DNA from: Paraspadella gotoi
Lineage: Eukaryota; Animalia; Chaetognatha
DNA: 64,000 nt
Assembly: GCA_051294375.1 (NCBI GenBank)
Contig: CM119268.1
Location: 8,799,008 to 8,863,007 of the forward strand
Direction: 5' to 3'
In this document: one piece after another, positions 1 through 10,699 of the stretch
Layout of the letters: each line of letters opens with the position of its first letter
Position numbering within the stretch: the first letter of the stretch is position 1
Notes under the pieces: model-generated
The model's database searches: none
What the model was told of the DNA's origin: nothing
The model's input: only the letters and a program-made list of their open reading frames with translations
Translations under genes and position numbers: made by a program

Positions 1-1
1 A

Positions 2-1201
2 AAAAGGTTTCCGATTTTTGTCGAAAACCCGAAAAACTTGGTCCGATTCCATGAGGCGTCGCCATAAATCTTCGCCCTCGCAAACACAGTAAATAGTTTT
101 GGGTTTGCGACGCTGATTCTTGGTAGTGGTGGTGTTCTTTGTGGTGGTTTGGATAGTAGAAGAATTAGTTGTCGGCGTTGTGACGCTTTCCGAAGTTTTC
201 GAAAAAGGAAATGTTCCACTAGAGGAGACGAAGGAATACTTTGAATTTGATATAGATCCAGCAGACACGGTTGGAGTTGTCGATGGCTGTGTGAAAGAAA
301 AAGTTACGCTCGTACTTCGGAAAATGGAAGAAATCGAAGATGGAGAACCAAACGACGTGTACGGGTGCGTGCCACTGCTGTGAGAGTACGGAGAGGCTTT
401 GCTCGAGGACGATCCCTTCACTGTGAAAGGCCAAGTTACACTTTGGGAGAATCCATCTCCTCCCGTGACGGAAATAACTCCTTCGGTATCTTCTTTGTCG
501 ATAGTCCAAGGTCGAACGTTTTCTTTGCCCGTCGTTACGATCGTCGCTTGACTGGAACCTTCCGTAGAGTCGACTATTGTGGCTTCTTCCGTCGCCCGCT
601 CCGTCAGTTGTTCCGTCGTTGGTTCCGTCGCCCGCTCCGTCAGTTGTTCCGTCGTTGGTTCCGTCGCCCGCTCCGTCAGTTGTTCCGTCGTTTGTTCCGT
701 CGCCCTCTGCAACGCCCGCTCAGTCGTCCAACCGCTCGAAAGCGTCGCAGGTTCAACATTTAGATTTGGGATGACTTCCAACTTCGATTTGGAATCTGGC
801 GCGGATCCAATCGACGGCCCACCCGAATCCAACGAAACTTCCTTTCCCGCCGCGTTCTTTCGTTCTTGGTCGAATGACGACTTTAAATTTGTTTCCGTTG
901 AACCTCCTTGGGTAAACGAAATCGTGGAACTCGGTCTCTCCGTCGCTTCTGCCTCGGTTCCGCGCGTGGCAGCAAAAGTGGATAAAGAAACGAATCTGGT
1001 TAAATTCGCTTTGTCTTCGAAGAGAGACGAAAATCCCGAAGTGGCAGAGCCTTCCTCATTGGAAATTGGCGACGTCCTCAGATCTTGCGTGATCTCGGGC
1101 GCCTCTGTAACGAACGCCCTCTTCGTGAGCGACGCAAGAATAGTCAGGAGGAAGATGCTGTCGAATTTCCTAATCCACTCTCTCCGCTTTTTCGTTCTCA
1201 T
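2..1201 (-). CDS. Ser/Thr/Glu-rich mucin-like protein, 5' part (frame stays open past the left window edge)
   Basis: ATG at 1201-1199, then ~400 stop-free codons: MRTKKRREWIRKFDSIFLLTILASLTKRAFVTEAPE...TERATEPTTEQL repeats...TTTKNTTTTKNQRRKPKTIYCVC. It is absent from the ORF track because there is no stop inside the window. The + strand ORFs here are its antisense shadows. Confidence 0.7.
   Translation of the reverse strand, partial: MRTKKRREWIRKFDSIFLLTILASLTKRAFVTEAPEITQDLRTSPISNEEGSATSGFSSLFEDKANLTRFVSLSTFAATRGTEAEATERPSSTISFTQGGSTETNLKSSFDQERKNAAGKEVSLDSGGPSIGSAPDSKSKLEVIPNLNVEPATLSSGWTTERALQRATEQTTEQLTERATEPTTEQLTERATEPTTEQLTERATEEATIVDSTEGSSQATIVTTGKENVRPWTIDKEDTEGVISVTGGDGFSQSVTWPFTVKGSSSSKASPYSHSSGTHPYTSFGSPSSISSIFRSTSVTFSFTQPSTTPTVSAGSISNSKYSFVSSSGTFPFSKTSESVTTPTTNSSTIQTTTKNTTTTKNQRRKPKTIYCVCEGEDLWRRLMESDQVFRVFDKNRKPF
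587..705. repeat. 36-bp tandem repeat (~3.3 copies) encoding TERATEPTTEQL on the minus strand
   Basis: Unit ttccgtcgcccgctccgtcagttgttccgtcgttgg at 587, 623 and 659. Confidence 0.9.
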
Positions 1202-2158
1202 GTTAGTTATTGGCTTTAACCAATTAACTTTTTTATGATTTTTCAAGTGAGTTAATCAAAATGGGATGAAATCGAAGGCAGAATGTTCTTCCGTCCCAAC
1301 TCGAAGGTGCGTCCCTCTTTGTTCGTGGCATAGTCGTCGAATGTGAATAGGTTCGGAGTATTTTCTTTTCGGCTGTTTGTCCTGTCGCGTCACCGAGGGT
1401 GAAAAGAAGAACTTTTTTCTTTCCTTTGGATGGCGTGGATGGAAACTCGGATGAGATTGAGAGATCTTTCTTGGGACTCGATTTAGTGGCGAGAAATGAG
1501 ATCAACGGGGAAGAGCAAAAAGGGTCTTAAAAGATCAACGACGAAACGAAAGAAAAAATAACAGAAAAGGGAAAACCTCATCGGAACCCCGCGACTCGAT
1601 GGAACCGAGAGAGAGAGAGATAAAATTGTAATAATTTGTGAAAGGGATTTCGGGAATAATTTCGGTATGGTGATGAAATATTAAGAGCAAACATAGGATG
1701 TGTGACATTGGATGTTGTTGTTGTTTTATTAAATGAGTTTAAAAAATTTAGCGATTTCTTTCCCATTCTAAAGGATCTTTTTATTAGTTTTAATGAAAAA
1801 AATTTTTTTCATAAAACACCACCTTTTTTTTCTTTAATAGGGCGTTTGGTTGGGAAATAAGGTACTTATGGGCGGATGTTCTTAAAATTCCTTAAGCAAA
1901 GAGAAAATATTCAAACAATTTAAAAAAAACTTAAACAAATACACTTTGATCAAAAATAAATATTTTTTTACAAAATTGTCGATGTTCTGAATCTTTAAAG
2001 CAAAATAGATTAACAAAGATATAAATAACATAAATAAATGATGAAGGAAATTCTTTTTTTCTTGATTAATCGGATAATTTTTAAAATGATTCTTTATTTT
2101 TCATAATTTTTTTAAACTCAATTAATTTATTACTTTCAATTAAACCAAAATAAATTAC

Positions 2159-2881
2159 CGTCAAGTCGTCGCGATTTAGATTTTGAACACAGTGTGCAGC
2201 AGTGAGAATCCAGCGTCGGTCTATAATTGCTCCCCCGCAATTATGCGAAGTGTAGTCCCAGTACTCTCTTTTGTACCGCTTTCTCAAAGATACTTGCCAG
2301 GGAAATTCACCCAACAAAGCGTCTCGTCCACCGACGATGCGTGTGGTGCCAAGTCGCAGACCACACTCTGGAAATACGCATTGAGGAATCTTGAAAATCT
2401 TTTTATTGTAACGCTTTTGCGCATAAGTGGCGTTTTCGTCGTCGTCGGCGTTCCAAATTATAGATCGCCTTTTTTTAAATTTGGGTGTGTGAAGCTGAAA
2501 ATTTATAGACAGCTTCTCATCATCGATGTGCTTAAAATTGAGTCTGGACAGTTATTAAATAAGTTTTGTTTCCGTTTTATCAAAACAAACAGATTTTCTC
2601 TCTTTTATTATTATATTTCTCTTTCTCTTTCTTTTTGTTTATAAATTAATTTTCTTTTTTCAAATTTTATTTTTCTTATGCGATTGCGACGATCCTTATG
2701 CTTTTAAGATTTTTGTTATAGGAAACTATATAAGAAAATCGGCATTTTAGAGTACTGTTACTGTTAATCTGACGTGGTCTAGCACTTTTTCGAAGTAGCT
2801 TTAAATGAGTTAGTCATTACCATCGTAAGAATGTGCCAAGCCAGCCAAGAATAAAATGGTAATCCCGTAGTAAAACTTCAT
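2159..2881 (-). CDS. Trypsin-like S1A serine protease, exons 1-2 only (2881-2821, 2367-2159)
   Basis: Signal exon [20 protein letters not shown] joins in phase 1 to [10 protein letters not shown]|[18 protein letters not shown]...[20 protein letters not shown], which has the activation site and catalytic His motif. A GT donor follows 2159. Asp and Ser (GDSGGP) exons were not found in the window. Confidence 0.9.
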
Positions 2882-2992
2882 GTTACTGTTAGGCTGTATT
2901 TGAAGAAATTTTTTTATGCGAAATCTGTGACAATTTCCAGATGTTGCGTTTTTCGTTTTATCGCATTTTTAGGAATTGACTTTCGTAATTGA

Positions 2993-3097
2993 TTATGAAA
3001 TTGGTACAACCAATATAAAAATTATCCATTCATTTAATAAATAAGCTATCTTGCCCCTGACTTTGGACAGGCTTTAATGGTTTAAGGCCTCCATCAG
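2993..3097 (+). mobile_element. Short dispersed repeat, copy 1
   Basis: Nearly identical to 29034-29137 (tatgaaattggtacaaccaatataaaaattatcc...tttaaggcctccatca). A diverged reverse-complement copy lies at ~5947-6078. Confidence 0.8.
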
Positions 3098-3392
3098 TAT
3101 TTTAAGTAAATCAGTAAATCAGTATTTTAAGTAAATATACAATAGAATTACACAACGGAAAGTAAATCGTCTCCAAGATATTTTTAATATGTATAATACA
3201 ATATAATGTAATTCTTTTGTCAATTTAGTTGCCGCTTGCCGGTTCTTAAAAATGAAAAAAAAAATTGTCAGCAATAAGCAAATTAATATTTAACGTATTT
3301 GTTGTTCATTAGATCATACTTTATTCCCTCGCATAAGAATTTCTCTTCCCCTGTCATCCCCTTCACTGTCTTTCATTCGTTTTTCTCTAGCG

Positions 3393-3759
3393 ATGAACTA
3401 TTCGACCGATTCTCATTCTGGAACTGCCGCGTCGTCAGTAACTCCCTCGTCGTCGTACTACGTTTTCTTTTCGCCCGTGACGAAATTGGCGTGTTACCTC
3501 ACCCTACTGACGGGCGTTATAGTAGTCATCCTTTGTTCCCTCATCGTCTTCGCCTACTGGAACTTCTTTTCTTACGCGACGTCACTCGGAACGCCCACGA
3601 CCCTGCTGAATCTCTCCTACAAGTGAGTCGCTAGTTTTTTGTTTATCGGATCCCGACAGAAGCTTTTCCGAGTTTTCCGCCTAACGTCGCTGCACTTCGC
3701 CTTTGTGTTTCAGTGATTCAACGTCTGGAGCGACAGATGAACAACTGAAGATTGTCTGA
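3393..3759 (+). CDS. Small spliced ORF (91 aa, one hydrophobic helix) directly upstream of BSDC1
   Basis: Exon 3393-3622 (donor GTGAGT) joins exon 3714-3759 (acceptor tttcag), giving MNYSTDSH...LACYLTLLTGVIVVILCSLIVFAYW...SYNDSTSGATDEQLKIV*. Confidence 0.55.
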
Positions 3760-3767
3760 ATTTCACC

Positions 3768-6385
3768 ATGGGCGACCAAAGGTAAGTTAAATTAATAAAA
3801 ACGTATTATGTACTGACTGACTTTACCGAATACCCTTTTCGTCCCTCACTTAACAGCGCGTCAAACAGTTGGTGGGGAGGATGGTTCCAAGCCGCCAAAG
3901 ATAAGGTGGGTCATTGAGAATTTCTATTAGTGAAGAACCGTCGCAATTTGTTGACTTTTTACAATTTCTACAATAGTCGAACGAAGCGATGACGTTCATG
4001 AAGAGAGATTTGGAAGAATTCTCGTCGGTGGTACAAACTGACACCAAGAATCTAGTCGCATCAACCGCTAACACCATCAGAGAAAGAATCGCCTTGCCTG
4101 ATGCCGAAGGTGATGCTGTTGTATTCTTAACTATATATTTGTAAACTAAACTAAACTTATATTATCGTTTTTCAGAGACGACCTCTGAAGCGGCGACCTC
4201 CGCCACGGCGGCAACACCCCGCGCTACTTCACCCGACTCCCCCCAAAACCCTCCTTCATCTCAAGGATTCCTCCCTTTCGCGGAAGCCAGCCAAGTCAAG
4301 GTGATCGCCGCTGCCACGGGTCAATTCGTCACGAGGGGTCTTACCTCTTTTTTATCTTCTGTTTCGCAGGTTTTACTAGTCATTTTTCGATTGATTCTAG
4401 ATAGAATTTCTTCTATTGGGTGATGAAAATCCAGTCTTATCCATCTGACAGGCGCTGACAATTCCCCCGGATGATGATGACGACGATCCTATTATTTTCG
4501 GGAAAGACGGACGGGTAATTTGTCTGTTTTTGTTTTATAAATTAACGTTGTCTATTACTCAAGTTTCTTGCTTCCTTTCTATATTTCAATTGCATTGTAT
4601 ATTTTACATCATTTTTTTCTGCTCTAAATAACAATAGTTGGTTCCTTCGTCGATCATGTTCATTATACTTGTAATTATCGTTTTTTTTAAGCTATACAAC
4701 GGCAAGTCGGCGCGTCTCCACTGCCTTCGCGTCGATCCTGCAACGTATGTTGAGGAAATTCCCGACGATGATTTGGACGCCTACGAATATTGGATTAAAA
4801 GCCACGACTTGGAGTCTCTTAAGTCCGAGATCGCCAACTTGCTGGTCGATGTTCCCGATATGAGATGTCACTACACCCAAATGGTATATGCTCTCCTGGT
4901 CTTGTACGTCGTGTCGGCTCAGTTCAAAGTCCACCTTGCAGATGCATGAGTTGATCTATGTATTTTGTAATCATTCCCCTGTAGGTTCCTTCGGTCGTTT
5001 CCCACGCAGAGTTTTGGACTCGCTACTTCTTCAGAGTCGAGAAAATGGAGGAAGCCGAAAGGCGTCGCGAGGCGCTGAAGGCCCGTGCCGCCGCTGCTGC
5101 TGCCGCGAGCGAGGCACTTCAGCTGGGATGGGGCGATGACGAAGGTATGGCTCACGTGAGCGTCGTCTTCTCACGACAACGACGTTGCTATGACAATTTT
5201 TGTTTTTTCAGACGATTCCGAAGAGAAGACGACCGCTGAGGTCCCGCGAGTTCCTCCGCTCGATCCCGTGCCTTCTCCCAACGATAACCCGACACAATCG
5301 GAGACAACCCCTGCCGCAACCTGCAATCCCTCAGCCACCGCTTCTGCCCCGACGTTGACAAAGTCCCTCTCTCCCGTCCAAGTCGACGCCGTGCTTCGTC
5401 TCGAGGACGAGCGTCTTCGCGCATGCGGCGCCGCTGTTACGCCCGCTCCATTGGAACCACAAGACGTCGACTCCATCTTAGAACAAGAATCCGCGCCCGA
5501 GAAGGTCGTCACGCCCGAGAAGGTCGTCACGCCAGAGAAGGTCCGCGATCCGGAAGTCAGTCCTTCGCCGGAGTCGGTCGGCGTCAATCGCGACTCAGGC
5601 ATTTCCGACGATGACATCTCCCCGATCGTCGAGGCGCAGGCTTCACAGGAACCGACGCCCGCGCCTATCGACGCCGAAATAGCCCCCGGCGAAAAATCAA
5701 AAACTACTCTGGAGGAAATCATCGACGAAGAAAACGATTTAATGAACGAAAAAATCAAAGGACTCGTCATTGTCGGTGAGGAAATAACCTTCGTACTTGT
5801 AACTCCGAAGGAAATATTATTTATTCATTAATATTTATTTCCCTAAGATGATTCTATAATCTTTATATTTTATATCTATGGCCCAATTTAAAATAATTTT
5901 TTAAAAGGGTACACTATACATATTTTAGAAAAAGATATGGATGCTTATGGATGGAGGCCTTGGCCTTAAGCATTAACCTTTACCCTTAACCTCAACCATA
6001 AGGCCTTAGGCCTTAACATCAAAATCAGGGGACCGATAGCTTTTTATTAAAGAATGATTTGGTTGTACCAATATCATGAACTTTCTAGAAAAGAAGCGCT
6101 TGAACTGGATTTTTCACACAGACGGAATTGACTTCGATTCGGCCACGGCTACGAGGACCACGCCCACCCCACCTTCCTCCAAGGATAGCGGCGCATCAGG
6201 CGATGATTGGGAAAAGGAGCTCGAGTTGGAGCTCACTGAAGAAGATAAGAGGATGGCGGATGAGCTGCAACGCCGCCTTGGGAAAAAGGTGCGTCAAAAT
6301 TTTGTAAGTTTACAATCTACCTAAAATGGTTTAAAAATGGACTTTTTTTTTTCAGACGGAAGACGATTGGGAAGATTGGGAATAG
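3768..6385 (+). CDS. BSDC1: BSD domain-containing protein 1 homolog (multi-exon)
   Basis: N-terminal WWGGWFQAAKDK/SNEAMTFMKRDLEEFSSVVQTDT. BSD core RLHCLRVDPATY...EIANLL...MRCHYTQM/VPSVVSHAEFWTRYFFRV. C-terminal DDWEKELELELTEED and EDDWEDWE*. GT-AG introns. Confidence 0.92.
5947..6078 (-). mobile_element. Diverged inverted copy of the short dispersed repeat, in a BSDC1 intron
   Basis: gatggaggcctt...tcagggg..gatagctt...ttggttgtaccaat.tcat is the reverse complement of the ends of 2993-3097, with extra internal ccttaa-type units. Confidence 0.65.
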
Positions 6386-6893
6386 CAGAATAGAAATCAA
6401 CAAATATTTCTCGATGTTCGTGACGAAATCTTTTTTCATATTTATAAGCGCATTCCACGAATTATTTAGTATTTTGGTAGTGGAGATCGACGGCGAAAGA
6501 GTTATTTTTCTCTCACTGTTTACAGACGCTCGGAATGATCGAGTGCTAAAATAGAATTAGTATAGATTTCATAAAATTCCGACGCGATGTAATACAAAAT
6601 TGATTTTTATCTCCTTTAAAAAGAAAAATTTCGTTAAGCCAAAGCAATACCCGATTCTCTGTCGATCTGTGCTGTCTGTTTTTAGCATAGCTGTAAGTAT
6701 TAATACAGCTGTAATTCTTTAGAAACCTTGACGCGCTATGGTAATTTCTTATGTATAAATGTTTCGACACTATGGTTGATGCAAAAATAATCGCTCTAGG
6801 TCATTGTTTGAAAAAAAAAGATAGTTGTCTTTTCATAATAACGTTTGACGGTTTGTCTCAACATGAAACTTAATCGTTTTTTTTTATTGGTCT

Positions 6894-8447
6894 CTAATCC
6901 GAGTTTTCTCTTATCGTAATTTGATTGAAGAAAGCATTTTTTCCCGATCTCGTTACCGGAAGTCCTTTTCGAACCTCCGCCAAATAGTTTAGGTCGACAT
7001 TGCCGTAAATAATTTCTTCTTCGGTTCCTAACAAAGCGGTTGGCAAAAATAAAAAAGATAAAGGGAGGGAGGGGAAGTATAAATGTAATCGTCGAGCCGA
7101 CAGAAGCTATCAAGGTTATCCAGTTCCACAGTACCTGCTCTATTGACAATTCGACCCCATGGGTCCACGAGCATCGAATTGCCGTAAGCGACAAAAGCTC
7201 CGTTTTCGTCCCTCGCAGGGCACACGGCGGCTACGTAGATCTGTTAGGGTAACAAAATGTGCGATATAGCGAAACTGTTAGTTGCTTATGGTATGGTTAG
7301 TATGGTTCGGCTAAAATTGTTCATTATAATTGCTAGACATTGTTGTAGTTGCTGTAATTGCTGTAGTTTAAGTCTTGACCTGGCTGTCCAACGCGCGACT
7401 TCGATGCAACAGTTCATAATGATCCTGACCAATTTCCGGGTTAAAAGCGCCTGGATAGACCACCAGATGGCAGCCTAGGTCACGATAGGCAATAGCCACT
7501 TCCGGGTATCTTGCTTCTCGGCAAATGCCAACGCCCGCGCGACAAGTAACTCCATTCTAAGTAAAACAATACCAGTGTTGAATGACCATTGTCCAACCCC
7601 CCAAAAATAGTTTGCATCAGCACTTACCGTCACGACATCGAACGTGGTCAGTTTATTTCCTTGGCCGAAAATTGCGTCTTCTTCAAAGACCATTTTCTCA
7701 GTTACGTCTGTCAAAAACAAAATCTATGCAAAGTGAACTAACTATAACGGGCGATTCAAAAGATTTCAAAACCTGTCACGGCCAAAAAGATTTTTCTGTG
7801 CTTCGCGATCATTTCGCCGCTGGGGCCGAATACCGGACAAGCGTTAAATTGCTTAGCTTGGCCTTGGGATCCGACAACTTCTGGAATGCCAGCTGAATGG
7901 AATGACGGCTAAATTTTACTCTCGCCGAGCACGGTTTTGGCGGCTTATTAAAAAAAACGTTTTATCTTAACCTTAAACCCATTCAACCTTAATTACCTTA
8001 ACCTTAAACTACCCTTAACCCGTCCCTAACCCCGGTCGGCGAAAGTAAAAGTAACCCGGAATGGACTTGTTTTCAATCATGAGTAAAGATGATGCGCTTA
8101 GTACGAGATTTGCAAATTTTCTCCACCAACCTACGACATAGACGCCGTTTCTTCGGGCGGCCTCGCTCAACATCCGGCTCGTTTCTCCTTCGGCAATCGC
8201 TTCCACGGAAGCTTTAAGAAACTTTTCCGTGTAGGGACAGTTGAAAGCTTCCGGAAGCACAACGATAAGCGCCCCTTGCTTCGCCGCCTCCTATGTTTCA
8301 AAATGATGGAAACTAGTTTCAATATGAACAATGAATTATATTACCAATCTTTACCTCGATTAGACAATTAGCTCGCTCCAAATTAGTTTGCTTGCATTCC
8401 GTTACGTTCAATTGGAGCAATGCTACTTTGACTTCTTCACTTCCCAT
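6894..8447 (-). CDS. Carbon-nitrogen hydrolase, omega-amidase NIT2-like (multi-exon)
   Basis: MGSEEVKVALLQL...EAAKQGALIVVLPEAFNCPY (catalytic Glu), GSIPE, IAKHRK (Lys), GVGICREARYPE (Cys), LVVYPGAFN, ELLHRSRALDSQIYV, AYGNSMLVDPWG, GTEEEIIYGNVDL. Stop at 6896-6894. Confidence 0.92.
7906..8058. mobile_element. MITE-like element with imperfect TIRs and a telomere-like internal tract, in a nitrilase intron
   Basis: Left end cggctaaattttactctcgccga versus right end tcggcgaaagtaaaagtaacccg (inverted). The interior is degenerate ccttaa/ccctaa units. gaatg occurs on both flanks. Confidence 0.65.
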
Positions 8448-10699
8448 ATTGATATTTAAAGGCCCAATTTTTTTGGGTTCTTGTTTTTTACGAAGTACGA
8501 GATTATTAAAATACTGCCGATATTTTTTTAGTCACTATAACTTTTAAAAGAATTTCGATACTGTTCTGGTTTAAAGCGAGATAAAAATTGCGAGTTATTT
8601 TCTATTCTCGATGTGAAAATCTGGAAAATGTTTCGACGTAATTTTTTTAGTCGATGAGAACCAGTTTTTTTTTTTTTTTTTTTTATTGAATAAAACAGAG
8701 CAACAAATAATTGCGGGAATGGTTGCAAAAAAATTCATATGATGTTAACAATAACCAGTTGTTCTGTTGAACGTCATTTTTTTAACGACCGCGACAAAGC
8801 GTGACAGATTGAGTCCATCAAATTAGCAGCATCGAAGGACTGTTGATCGTGGCGCGGAGTTCGTAATTCGCTTAGTTCAGTATTCCGCCGTGCGTTAAAA
8901 AAACGGAGGTCTATCTCTATTGAAATGCTTTTCGATTTAAAAATGTTGTGGATGAAACTTCAAAGAAAAAAAGAGTGTATAAGACTTAGACCAAGTAGGA
9001 TTTCCTTTTATTCAAATATGACTCACATATCACTCATATAGCACCACTCCCTCATTCTCCCAAGCTTTCAATCCGCAGTCGTTCATTGATTATGAGATCT
9101 GTGAGAGATGGTGGAATGATAAAAAAAAATTTAAAAAAAAATTAACCGGCCTTAGAATTAGATTCTATTTCCACGATGATTTCGATGTTTGTTTTTTTTT
9201 AAACATTTGCTAATTCTATATTCATCTTGTCTGGTCTTCCTTTTTTTCAATTTAGTTCACGAAATATTTTCGCATCTGCTATGTTAATCAACGCGTCTGA
9301 CTTCTTTCTGTCGCTCTATTTTAAAGATTTTAGTTTCGACCTCAATGGGTATAATGTTGAGTGGACACTAGGGTGGAATGATAAAAAGATTGAGCGATTG
9401 AACATTATTTTTTTACTGCCAATTGTAATTAATGAATTTTAAATTTAAAAAAAAATTAACATAACAGTATAGTAAATTCAATTATTTATGTAGTAATATC
9501 CTTATGAAATTAATAAATTTTAAATTCGCTGTAAAAAAATGAAAAACTTTTGTAAAAATTTTTCTCTCCCTTTTTCCCCTCTCTCTCTCTCTCTCTCTGA
9601 CCAAATTAATGTTTGTGAAATAATTCGATAAACCGAGACGAAACGTGTTCAATTTTATACTAAATAAAATTTAATTGTTGTTCTATGAAAATTTTATTTT
9701 ACCTGAATGTAAAATGTTTTATCATATTTTAATGTTTAGACCGCAAAAAATGATTAAAATATTTTAATATATATAAATTTTTACTACAGAGAATAAAAAA
9801 GTTTTTATATTTTTTCCCATTTTAAATGCTGAAAATGACAAAATTTTTGATAACATGTTTTATATTTTTGATTCATCTTTGAATCTTTAAAAAAAAAAAA
9901 TTAAATTTATATATTATTCTCTTCCTGAGACAATATGAACAAAATATTTTTGTACTAGTTAATCATTCTATTTTATGTTTAAATATCCTTGTTCATTCAA
10001 ATAATTTTTTTGTTCTTGAGTGCTCAACTCTAGTATATACCGTACTTCGAAGGCACAGCTATCAATTTTTGTCAAGTCATTTTAGTGTGAAACTGTTGAT
10101 ATAACAGTCGTAGAAAAATAAGGAAACCCCGCTCATCACATGGACTAGTTATAGCAATTGACATCAAGAAAATTACCAACCCAACTTGAATAGCGATGTG
10201 ACGGATAATATGTTAAATCATTGATAGGGAAGCCATGTACTCTGGGAGTGAATAAACTCGACTGTCAGAGTCTTGATTGAAAGCTTGCAGGGTCCTGCTA
10301 TGTTAACATCTTTTAAGATTGATGGAAGTCCTGGGCAAGATACCTTATTTATTAAATGAATTTATTTTTTCATGTCTCTTTAATCTGCATATCTTTCCAA
10401 TGCTTTTTTTTTCCTCTCCCTACATCTAATCTACATCTACGATGATTGACGTCAAATGTCGTTGGTAAACTTTGACGCCGATAATCTTGATTATGTCCCC
10501 TGGCGGGTAGAGTTGTCGTTGTTCCTTTGCTTCACTTCAGTCCATGGGATGTAAAGGATTCGAACCCGAGATTTCCCAGTCGCTGTTGCGTTGTCAACTG
10601 TTTCGAGGCGCGCGCGTTGCGTTTCCCTACCTCCGCGCGATTTCCCGCTCGCGCGCTCCAACTCTAGACGGTAAGGTCGGAAAAAACTAAAAAAGAAAC

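Noticed and set aside
120-1238. Plus-strand ORFs 120-383, 365-763, 577-774 and 579-1238
   Set aside because: They are antisense shadows of the minus-strand mucin-like ORF and its 36-bp repeat.
5171-5770. 199-aa minus-strand ORF
   Set aside because: It is antisense to the large BSDC1 exon and has no independent features.
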